The notes under the pieces are model-generated. The model did not search any database, had not been told where the DNA came from, and saw only the letters and a program-made list of their open reading frames with translations. A program made the position numbers and the translations under genes. From Sminthopsis crassicaudata (lineage: Eukaryota), in NCBI RefSeq assembly GCF_048593235.1, contig NC_133617.1, positions 627,792,958 to 627,856,957 on the forward strand: a stretch of DNA of 64,000 bases, in the 5' to 3' direction. This document shows, one piece after another, positions 1 through 12,242 of the stretch; position 1 is the stretch's first letter; each line of letters begins with the position of its first letter.

Positions 1-2
1 GG

Positions 3-2853
<2,851 letters not shown>

Positions 2854-3155
2854 TCAGCCCCCTGGTCCCCAATCCCCTTCACAGCCACCTTCTTCCCACC
2901 TTGGTAGAGAAATACATCTTCAGCCGGTGACGTGGCACAGCCTCCCAAGATCCCTTCCCCAAAGCCTTCCTGCCCCCCCCATTCTCCCCTCTGCTCCCTC
3001 CCTCCCAAATCCCCCTTTCATTTTTCTGTTTATAAAATACTTCAGTCCTATCCCCTCCTATGCCTCTTCCCACCTCAGGCTCCCTCCCTCTTTTTACCCA
3101 TCCATTGGCCCTGCTGCAGGGGCTGTAGGGACAAGGCGACCCTCTGAGCTGCTAA

Positions 3156-3170
3156 TTTATTGACATTAAA
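3156..3170. terminator. Back-to-back poly(A) signals: ATTAAA (+, 3165-3170, ATP2A1) and AATAAA (-, 3161-3156, RABEP2)
   Basis: Sequence aatTTTATTgacATTAAA. I saw no other minus-strand AATAAA between the RABEP2 stop and this site. An extra + strand AATAAA lies at 3373-3378. Confidence 0.7.
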
Positions 3171-3792
3171 TGAGAGCAAACTCTGGCCTGGACCTCCATG
3201 TGTGAGAACAAAAGCAAGTCTGGTTAAGTCATATATGACCTCCTGAAAGCACATTCGTGTTACACACACATGAAAGCAGCTGTAGCCAGGGAGCATCCTA
3301 CGCATGGGCTGAGGTTTCCCTGTTAGCTTCAGGGCGTTGCAGAGGGGACTGAGAAGAGGGAAGGGCTGCTATAATAAAGATGGGGAGGCGGTCCATGGGA
3401 CCAAACGGTTCAGAAGCTGAATTAGTGTCAGTACTGGCTGAAGGGCAGTGTGGGTTAGGGGGCCCTAGAGCTTCAAGAACATGCTCTTGCGCCTTTGGCT
3501 GGGGAAGGAGGGGTCACAACCCTCTCTCAGCTGTCATCCCTGAGAGCAGAAAGGCCCAGTTTAACTGCTATGGGAAGGGGGGAATCTAGATGGGGCATGT
3601 CGAGCCCCTCCACTGCTGGCTCAGAGGAAGGGGACTGAGTTTTCCTGAGGGGCTAGAAGGCTATGTTTCATCATCCCCAAACCCCAGAAATCCTTGATTT
3701 TACTGGAATCTAAGAAGGCAGGTTCTTTCCCCAGATACAAGTGTGGGAGGAAGGGGAGATGGCAGATTTTGATGCCTGGCCTCCTGCTGTGT

Positions 3793-3894
3793 TCAGGTGT
3801 CCTTTATGTCCTTCACATCTCTAAGGGGGGTCTCATCCACAATGTTTCGCACTTGGTCCAGGGTCTCTGCCTGGCGGATTCTCTCCAGGCGTAC
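3793..3894 (-). CDS. RABEP2: RABEP2 exon 13 coding part
   Basis: cag|GTACGC...ACC TGA; VRLERIRQAETLDQVRNIVDETPLRDVKDIKDT*. Confidence 0.96.
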   Translation of the reverse strand, partial: VRLERIRQAETLDQVRNIVDETPLRDVKDIKDT

Positions 3895-6800
3895 CTGTGG
3901 AAAGGGGGTTGTATGTGAGGCAGAGAAGTGCTAAATTTCCCCTTGCACCTCCAGTTGATAAATTGATGACTCCCTTTTCCCCAGTCCTTGGGAAACAAGC
4001 TAGGTTGTGGTAACCATCATGGGAAGTCTGGTGATAGGGGGTGAACAATCACAAAACAGCAGTATTTATGATGTGGATTTGGGTAAACTGCTCCCTCTGT
4101 TTGGGCCATCTGAGCAGGAGGGAAGCGGACTAGACCTCAAAGGCCTGCTTCAGTCTGGACATTCCATGTTCTAAAACTGTGGAGATGTAAGCATGAGATG
4201 TTTTTCTGTTTAGTTTTTGCTTTCTCAGCAACAGCTGAGCGGGCAGGGTGCCTTCTGCACGGAATCTCTCCCTGCTCAGGGTAGATGCACGGTCTGGGCA
4301 CTCCTCCCCAAGGTGACTTGCTCCCCCAGTGGCTCCTCGGCCTGGGAACCCATTTTTACCTGCAGGGCCTGGGACAGCCGAACAAAGTCCCTCTGTACTT
4401 GTTCACTTGTCTCCAGCTCAGCCTGAAGCCGCAACACCTTGGCCCTTTGTTCTGAGAGAACATTTGTGAGCTGAGCCTGGTAGGGGTGGGAGCAAAAGGA
4501 AGTCTGGAGTCCCAGGTATCGGGTCACCTACCCTCCACCCCTGCAGCCCACCAGGAAGGGGAGGAAGAAGACAGTGAGAAGCACAGGGAGAAGCCTGGGC
4601 CGAGGGAACGGCATTCCCACCTCCCCGGTCCCACACCAGAGCCACAGCAGGTAGAAGTGGAAATAAGGAATGAAAGGCAGGAAACAGGTCTCCCTCTCCA
4701 CATGAACAGCTGCTCAGACCTTCTCCTCAGTCCAACTGACAGCTGGGGGGGGCGGCTGCCTCTGAGACACCTGAAGCTGCTGCTCCGCCTGCAGGGCATG
4801 GGGGGGAGAAACGGGTGAGGGGGAGAAAGATGAGCTCTTTCACTTCCCCAGAAGCCTCCCCTTTCCATATTCCTGTCCATGCGAAGCCCTTACCTTGCTC
4901 TGCTCCTGCTGGATCCGTTCCACCTCTGTCCTTAGGCTACACAGGGAGGCTGGGAGGTCAGGGGGTGCAAATCAGATCTATTATCCCCTATCACCATCTT
5001 CTCCCTCCTTCCATCCCGGCCGCCATCTTTCTATACTCACCCTCTAAAACCTCTGTGTTGTCATGGCAACAGTGGGATGGGAGAAAAGAAGAAAGCGAGC
5101 GTCAGGCCTCGGCATCTCTCTGCCCCCCCCCCCCCATGTGTGTCCACCTCCCTCACCCGTTTCCTCTCGCTGAACTCTCAGCTTCCTCTCCAGAACGGCC
5201 CTTGAGGCCGTCTCCTCCTCCAAAGCCTCTCTCAGGGTCACGATTTCGATGCGGAGGCGCTCGGCTTCGTGCTCCTGAGCACGCTGGCATTCATGGGCTT
5301 CTTGCCGCGTGCTCCTCACCAGCTGCTGCAGCTCCTGGAAAAGCAAGATGCTGCTGCCTGGGACAGGGCGGTGCCAGAGGTCTCCGTGTCACTGGCTGCC
5401 ACACGTACTAAGGCAGGTGGCCGAGGGAACACCTCGGAAAACAGAAGTGCTAGAAGCAATCTGAGGATTAATGGTCTGTTCACCTCGTTTATCAATAAGG
5501 ACACAGCCCTGGGGGGGAGGGGGGCAATTTATGTGCCTGAGATCACAGAAGTCCTCTCCCGAATTTTCCCACTATAGTGTCTTATAGTCAGGTCAGACCC
5601 TCTCTCCCCTTGGGAAAAAACTGCCCCAGTTTCCCATCCCCCTCCGTACCAGGGGAGATGTGGGCAGCTCCTCTTCTCCACGTTCTTGTTCCTGAACTTG
5701 GGGGCCTGAAGGCGAGGGCTGCTGGCAGCGCAGGCCTTGGTTCTCCTCGTTGAGCCGCTTTATCTCATAGCAGACACGCTTGTGGGAGGCAGCCAGTTCT
5801 GCCTGCAGCCAGGCGAGAGGTGGTGGTAAAGGGGGTCCTCACCCCCATGCTATTCAGCCTGAGGTCCCCATACTCAGGACGCTGATGCTGCCAATTCCAG
5901 CTCCTGAGGGGCTGCCCCAACCCGCTGGCCGTGGGCCCACCCGGGCGCACCAGGGCTCCTCTCCTAACGCACCCCACGTTCAGACACTTCTCTGCCCTAT
6001 CTCTGCCACCTCCTGGGCTGAAGCCTGAGGTGTCGAATGAAGGTTGCCCAGCCTCCCTGCAGCCCAAGGCCTCCTCACCATCTGTTGCTGAGCCCTTTCC
6101 TGAGCCTGGCTCACCGTGCCCTGCAAGGACTGTAGAAGCTGCTCCGAGTTCTGCACCTGCGCCAGCAGGACCTGAACCTGGGCGAGGAGAGACACTATCA
6201 AAGAGGCCGCCGTCCCCAGGGAGGAGGGCAGGCCGGCCAGGAGGAGAGCAGGTTGGCAGGGAGGAGGGCAGCAGTGAGCCCGCCAGGAGCCGCGGCTCGG
6301 CTCGCTCCCTACCTGCTTGGCACAGTCTTCGCTGCTCCGCCTCAGGGCCTCCTGAAGCTCGTCCCGCTCTCGGCCGGCGCTCTCCAGCTGCCTCCGAAGC
6401 TGCTGCAAAGATTCCTGCTGCTGCCGCCCCTGGCACAGAAATTCCCGCCACACAGAAGGTGAAGGGAGGCCTGCCCTCCCAGGAGGCACTTGAAAAGTCT
6501 TACAACCTTCTAGATGGATAAAGCCTTAGAAACCACTGGATCCAGTGCTTCACCTGACAGGGGAAACACAGGCCCTGAGGAGGGGAGTCCTGTGCCTGGT
6601 GCATGAAGGGCTGCAGGTTTCCGATCCCGGCCCAGGACTCCCTCCCCCGCCCTGCCCGCCATGCCCCCCGCTCCTGGGAGCCTCCACCAGACTCACCTCG
6701 AGCTGCAGTTGCTCCCACTGGTGCTCAGGCACCAGCTGGTAGCCTGGGGGCGGGAGGTAGATGCCTTCGGGAACCAGGGTCCCGGTGGAGATGAGGGAGG

Positions 6801-9800
6801 CCGTCTCCTCCTGCTCAGGGCTCATTCCTCGCCGCCCTCGGGGCAGCGAGGCACTGCTGCCGGCCCCCAGCGAGAAGGAAGAGATGGAGGCGCTGTCATC
6901 ACAGTTCCGGGCAAAGACCTCGGCGGCGGCCCCCCCATCTGCAGCCAGATCTTCGGGTGGCTCCAGGGGCGGGGAGGGATTCCGGGGCAGAGGGAGCAGC
7001 TCCGTGGAGCCATGCAGAGAGTGCTGGGCATGGGCACGGCCCTGAGGAGTGCCAAGGGGAAGAGAGAAGTTTGGCAGGAGGCTCCCTCTGGGTCCCCTCT
7101 CCTCCCCCAGCCCCTGCCCGCCTCCCCTCCTTCACCTGGCCACCCTGGATTTCCTGGATCAGCTCCTCCGCCCTCAGCAGCTTCCCCTTCAGTTCGGCGA
7201 TCTCCTGCTCCATGGGCAGCACAATCTCCCGGAGTTTCTCCGAATCCTCATGAGCCTAGGCACCCGGGAGCACGGCCCAGCTGATCACCGGCGACTGGCC
7301 CAGAGCCAGCCCCTTCCCCCACCCGCTTGGCGATCTCCAGGGGTTCTCAAGTAACGCTCAGACACACACCTGTCCCTGGCACAAAGACCTCCTCCCTCTG
7401 GCCCCCTTCTCGTTACTTCCCTTTGTGAGCGGTTATACTTAGAGAGGGCTTTGAGGCTTGCCAAGCACCTTTCTCACAGTGACCTGTGAGGAGGAAATAA
7501 AAATACTATCTCCATTTTAGAGATGGGGGACTGAGGCTCTGATACACTGGCAGGATCATAGATACTCGAGGCTAGAGTGGAATCCAGGTCTGCTTCGGAA
7601 TCCAGGCTCTTTTCACTGCTATCTGCTGCTGGTGCACTCCTGAATCCTGCAACTTTCTCCCGCTGCCATGCTCAAGCCCTCCTGAATTTCCTTCCTCTCG
7701 GTGAGAGCCCAACTCCAACACCCCCCCCCCCCAGTCTTCCTGACAGGGAACGACTTCTCCCTGTAGCGCCTGCTTCCCTCACCCTCTACTGCACAGGTAT
7801 CACACGGGCTGGCCAGAGCCAGCCTAAGGGAAGTACAGAAAAATACAATCAGCCTAGATAACGTGTGTACTGAAAACTAAGTCACTGCGCTGTGGCCGCA
7901 GGACTCTCTCTATGACTGACAGCACCGCTCTATGTCCTGGCTGTTACCTGATGGCTGTTTGTGTTCCGGCCCCCCCTCCGTTAGCCTGGAGGCTCTACGA
8001 GAGCAGGGACTGAATCTGCCCTGTGCCCTCCTCCTCCCTCATCTCGCAGGGGGTTGCACAAGTTCCGTGGATGTGTATCAAGCACCTCCAAGCACTTCTT
8101 CCCCTTCAAGCTTCTCTCTCTTCAACAAGGCTCTGCTATCTGGGCTCTTACACTTCCCTAGGGATACCCAAGGGCTTCCAACCTTTTCCATTTGCTTCTC
8201 CAAGGAGTCCAGGGGGTGAGAACGAGAAAGAAGCTGCTTCAGCCGGCTCAGCTCCCTCTCTCTGGCCTCCTGGTCTTGCAGCTGCTGTTTCCGCTCTTGC
8301 TCCAGAGAAGAGATTCGAGCCTCGTAGCTACTAATGGAGTCTAGAAGGAAGGATGGAAAAGCAGTGTGGAGTAGGGGGAAGAACCCAGGAGACCTGGGGC
8401 CAGATTTCATCTCTTCTCTTTACGACCGGTACGATCCCTCCATCCTTAAGCTCCTTCACGTTTAAAGTGATAGGGCTGGACTACAGAGATGCCCGTGAGG
8501 TCTCTTCCTGCTCTACGTATTTGAACCCTATGAAAGGAGGTGATGGGACAGGGTCAGCCAAATTCTGAATCACTGAGGGGGTTTCACTCCTGGGGTGGCG
8601 AAGGTTAGGGAGGTCCCAAGGAAAAGCGGATGCACTGGGCAGAATAGAACTTGGAAGGAAAGAGTAAAGAGACTCAGATAAGGAGGAGAAAAGATATGGG
8701 TATGGTGGGATGGTGGGAGGGAAAGGAGGAAGTGACAGAAAGGGAACCCTGGTTCAAAGGTGATAAAAGTGAACAGAAATTTCCAGGGGTTAAAAGGGAA
8801 GGAAGCCTGAAGGAAAAAAGGCACAAAAGAAGGTACCTAATTGCCCACAAGTTGCATAGGGGGTTGGATTAGAGCTGAAATGGAGAGCTACTGATTGAAA
8901 TGACACTGCCAAAATGGAGAGAGGAATCTCTAAATAACAATAATAATCACACCCAATAAGAGTTACGTCGCTTTTGAATTTTGCAAGGCACTTTGTATAC
9001 ATCTTATTTGATCAATCCACTGAGGCATTTAATACAAATATGATCAGCTACAGTTCACAAATGATGAAACTGAGGCTGAGGTGAGATTTGTGCCAGGAGC
9101 AGCATTTATACTGGAGTTTCTCCTGACTCCCAAATCTGGCTCTCTTACATCCCCTCTGAGGAAGGGCTGTAGTCAGAACAAGGAGAGAGGTTCTGACAAC
9201 CGTAGAGCACAGGGCAGTCGCATAACAAGTAAGCGGACGGCTTTGGTTTGGGTCGAGTCTCCTGGGCTAACCAGAATACCCACAGCTTCCGTGTTTATAG
9301 TCCTTGCAGGCTTACCAGAGGCTTTCTTCCTAACAGCTTGAAGCTGGCAGTGTGGACATGGCCATCAGGCCTCTAGTTGCCAGGCCCAGAGCTGATCTGA
9401 AACAAAGCAGGACCTCTGCCTTATTCTTTCAGGCCCTTCTGTGCTCTGGGGGTCAACACCATAAAAACAGCTTTCCATGGGGGGGGGGGCGAGTACTCAG
9501 CCTGGACCTGCAGGAGCTCTCGCTCTGCAGTCGGCTTTGGACACTTACTAGCCATGTGACCACAAGCAAACCCCATCATTTCTCTGGGCTCAGGCCACCC
9601 TGAGGAAGGCTCTAAGTCACAGATTGGTTGTAAAGTGATAAAGTCCTGATAAAGACTGATTTATTTCAGGTAAGTAACTGGTAATACTCGAAGGGCTACC
9701 GAGACAATATCTATAGTCATTTAACTGTACATTTGCTTATAGTATACATACGCGTGTGTGTATGTGTATCTGTATTCTCTTCTATAAGCCACCATGAAGG

Positions 9801-11153
9801 CCCTTGCTTTTACAACCATATCCCACAGGAAAGCGTGTACTTGGGGGCGTATAAAAGACTGGGGGGGTTGTCAGGGAAGAAAAAATTGGGGTTTGGGGAA
9901 GGCAGCGGGTCTTGGGGGAGCTCAAGTGGAGGCTGAAGGCCGGGAGCCTCGGGACTCCCGTGAGAAGCGGGGTGTGGCCAGCGGACACATGGGGAGCCTC
10001 TGGGTGGGGTCTCACCTTTGAGGATGGTCTGCAGGGAAGCGACCTCTTCTCGGCACTGTCTCCGCACCTCGGCCACGGCCTCGGCCTTGGTGCTCTCGCT
10101 CACCTCTGCCACGGCCTTCATGTTCTCCATCTCGGCCAGGGCCGCCCCCAGCTGGGCTTTCAGTCTCCCCAGCTCCCCAGCCTCTGCCTCCAAATTGTCG
10201 CCCCTCATTGGTGGGTTTGGCTCTGCAAAGGTCACTTCTCTGAGACTCCCCGACCCCGACTTCCCACCTGCCTTTCCGCCTCATTCTCACAATGGGAGGC
10301 CCCCAGCTCCCCAGGAGTCTCCCTCCCGGGGCCTGACCCTCTCCCCCCCTGCTGCTCCCCTCTTTCACAAGCCCTTCTTTCCTAGGACCCGCCCCTACCC
10401 AAAGCTCGCCTCTAGTTAAGCTTCTTTTTCCAAAGTTCCAACCACTCACTCTCCTCAAGCCCCACCCCTTCCTTGGAAGTGCTCCAAAGCCCTCCCTTTT
10501 TCAAGAGCATCACTTTTCCCCCAAACCACCTGTCCCTCAAGGCCCCACCCACTCCCCACAAACTCCTCTCACCAGCAACGTTCCTGTCCCAGCCCTATTC
10601 TATAAATGCCCTTCCACTTTCCCACAAAAGTTCCACTCCTCACTCAAAGACCCACTCCCTCCCAGGTATGCTTTCCCAAAACTCCACCCCTCTTTTAAAA
10701 GTTCCACCCACTATTTACTAGCTCCACCCCTCGTCCTCGCAACTCCCCCCTGTTTTTTCCTCCAAGCCCCCTACTAAAATCTCACTTTCTCCAAAGCTTC
10801 GCCCCCAAGCAAAGCCCCACCCACGCCCACAAGTCAAGCCCCGCCCCTTTCCCTTCCGACCCACCTCCTTGCCTGACCTTCACCCACGTGCCCTTTCTCA
10901 ACTCCTCGCCTGCCCCGCCCCCTTTCGAACGTCCAACTCTCGGCCCCTCCCTTCTCTTCCCCCCTCCGAGGGGAGGCTCCGCCCCCTTCTCTCTTCCCAA
11001 TCTATCCCCTTTCCTGGATTCCTTCCCGCCTTCTCCTCTTAGCCGCCAGCCTCCGAGCCTTCTAAAGCATCGGTGCTCGCTCCCTTCCGTACCAGCCGGT
11101 GGCTGCCGCTGCCCGTTCTCGCTCGCAGTTGCAGTTGCCGCCGCCGCCGCCAT
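3793..11153 (-). CDS. RABEP2: Rab GTPase-binding effector protein 2, ~574 aa; complement(join(3793..3894,4360..4476,4894..4949,5041..5052,5157..5334,5650..5802,6079..6177,6313..6429,6697..7041,7136..7255,8183..8340,10016..10222,11093..11153))
   Basis: Rabaptin motifs AVAEVSESTKAEAV, DSLEKQMEKAHEDSEKLREIVLPME, GTLVPEGIYLPPPGYQLVP and ELETSEQVQRDFVRLSQALQVRLERIRQA. The 13 exons join in frame (1725 nt). Confidence 0.95.
4360..4476 (-). CDS. RABEP2: RABEP2 exon 12 (117 nt)
   Basis: AQLTNVLSEQRAKVLRLQAELETSEQVQRDFVRLSQALQ; cag|...|gtaaaa. Confidence 0.96.
4894..4949 (-). CDS. RABEP2: RABEP2 exon 11 (56 nt)
   Basis: (A)SLCSLRTEVERIQQEQSK; cag|...|gtaagg. Confidence 0.93.
5041..5052 (-). CDS. RABEP2: RABEP2 exon 10, 12-nt microexon (EVLE)
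   Basis: cag|AGGTTTTAGAGG|gtgagt; supplies EVLE between QREET and ASLCSL, phase 1-1. Confidence 0.88.
5157..5334 (-). CDS. RABEP2: RABEP2 exon 9 (178 nt)
   Basis: ELQQLVRSTRQEAH...AERLRIEIVTLREALEEET...QREET; cag|...|gtgagg. Confidence 0.95.
5650..5802 (-). CDS. RABEP2: RABEP2 exon 8 (153 nt)
   Basis: AELAASHKRVCYEIKRLNEENQGLR...LPTSPL; cag|...|gtacgg. Confidence 0.93.
6079..6177 (-). CDS. RABEP2: RABEP2 exon 7 (99 nt)
   Basis: VQVLLAQVQNSEQLLQSLQGTVSQAQERAQQQM; cag|...|gtgagg. Confidence 0.95.
6313..6429 (-). CDS. RABEP2: RABEP2 exon 6 (117 nt)
   Basis: GRQQQESLQQLRRQLESAGRERDELQEALRRSSEDCAKQ; cag|...|gtaggg. Confidence 0.93.
6697..7041 (-). CDS. RABEP2: RABEP2 exon 5 (345 nt)
   Basis: GRAHAQHSLHGSTELL...NCDDSASISSFSLG...SPEQEETASLISTGTLVPEGIYLPPPGYQLVPEHQWEQLQLE. 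Confidence 0.94.
7136..7255 (-). CDS. RABEP2: RABEP2 exon 4 (120 nt)
   Basis: AHEDSEKLREIVLPMEQEIAELKGKLLRAEELIQEIQGGQ; donor chosen by phase (CAG|gtgaag). Confidence 0.85.
8183..8340 (-). CDS. RABEP2: RABEP2 exon 3 (158 nt)
   Basis: (D)SISSYEARISSLEQERK...DSLEKQMEK; tag|...|gttgga. Confidence 0.95.
10016..10222 (-). CDS. RABEP2: RABEP2 exon 2 (~207 nt; acceptor uncertain, in-phase alternatives at 10237 and 10267)
   Basis: EAEAGELGRLKAQLGAALAEMENMKAVAEVSESTKAEAVAEVRRQCREEVASLQTILK; best phase-1 acceptor cctttgcag; donor G|gtgaga. Confidence 0.85.
11093..11153 (-). CDS. RABEP2: RABEP2 exon 1 coding part (61 nt)
   Basis: MAAAAATATASENGQRQPPA-G|gtacgg; Ala-rich start, phase 1. Confidence 0.88.
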
Positions 11154-11205
11154 TGCCAGAGCTCAAACCCTGGTTTCGCACTCCCAGGCTGCAGCCCGTT
11201 GCTCC

Positions 11206-11275
11206 TTCCGGGTCCGCTCGGGTGTTTCCGGATACGCTCGGGTGTTTCCGGGTCCGCTCGGGAGGTTCCGGATGG
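11206..11275. promoter_or_regulatory. RABEP2 promoter/5'UTR: 20-bp tandem repeat (3.5 units), each unit with an ETS core CCGGAA on the - strand
   Basis: TTCCGG at 11206, 11226, 11246 and 11266, within a CpG island. Confidence 0.7.
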
Positions 11276-12125
11276 TCCTCTCCGACCCGGCGAGCGGAAC
11301 AGCAGGGGATGATACTGCCCTACTCCGGTGGTGCTGATGCTGATGGTGTCTCCTTTGCCGAATCCGAGCGACTTCTTAGAAGCAGCCAGGCTTCCGCACT
11401 ATTCCTTTCCCGCTCTGAGCGTGCAGAAGTCTCCCCCGCCTTTCCAGGCTTAGTTAACGTCCCCGCTCCCGGGCCATTCTACCGCTCGGAGATCCGGCTG
11501 GGGAATAGAGGGCTTGGATGTAGAGCTGGGTTCGAATTCTGCCCCCGGGCCTTCCTGGCCGTGGGCCGCAGGGCAAGCCGCTCCACCTCTCGGTCTTGTT
11601 TCTTCACTGGCCAACATTCCCACGCTACCTGCCTGCCAGGTACACACTCGAACACGTCCTGTCACACGCTAGCGTTCTCTTCTCCCTCGTGCCATTCGTC
11701 ACACTGAGGCAGCTAGGTGGGACACTGGGTAGAAGCTAGGCTCGGAGACTGGAAGCCCTGGGTGACCTGTGCAAATGCCCTCTGCCTCAATTCTCTCAAC
11801 TGTAAAATGGGAATAATGGCAGCCCCTCCCTCCCAGCTTATGAAGAGGGTGTCCCGGGACAATACTGGTAAAGGGCCTGGCGGACAACAGCCGCGGTATT
11901 AGGGCTGTTAGATCGCCTTCCCTCTCCGCCAGATACATAAGTGTGCGCTCGAGAGCTCACATTCTGGGGCTTTGCAAACTGCCCATGCAAATGAGGTAGT
12001 GCGTGACTTCATTCCAGCGAGTTTAGCCCTATTTTTAATGAGGAGACGGAGTCACACAGGGAAGGTCTGAGCAAGGAGGGCGTGTGCCAGCTCGGGGCCG
12101 CACGCAGGCTCCTGAAGTGTCACCT

Positions 12126-12242
12126 CACGGTGCTCCTCAGACTTTTTAAATGGGGGCTAGTTCACCGTCCCTCAGACCGTTGGGGGGCCGGACTGTAGTA
12201 AAAACAAAAGCTGGCACTCTGTCTCCGCCCCTCGGCCCCATC
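12126..12242 (+). mobile_element. Truncated OC1-like hAT MITE (5' half)
   Basis: Aligns closely with the copy at 43676 (agttcacYgtccctcagacYgttgg...tagtaaaaacaaaagct...tgtctccgcccctc); no right TIR. Confidence 0.7.

Noticed and set aside
5765-7354. Several long ORFs (5765..6451 -, 5931..6521 +, 6661..7284 +, 5980..6489 -)
   Set aside because: GC-rich, stop-poor frames overlapping or antisense to RABEP2 exons and short introns; no recognisable protein beyond the RABEP2 exon segments.
7880-7960. ATGA...CTGA motifs in RABEP2 intron 3 suggesting a C/D snoRNA
   Set aside because: Wrong strand for the host intron, no terminal stem, and no clear C/D box spacing.
10782-11092. Continuation of the RABEP2 exon 1 ORF (123 aa) and G-rich tracts in intron 1
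   Set aside because: A good donor exists at 11092, and the rest is low-complexity purine-rich intron. G4 potential is generic for CpG-island first introns.
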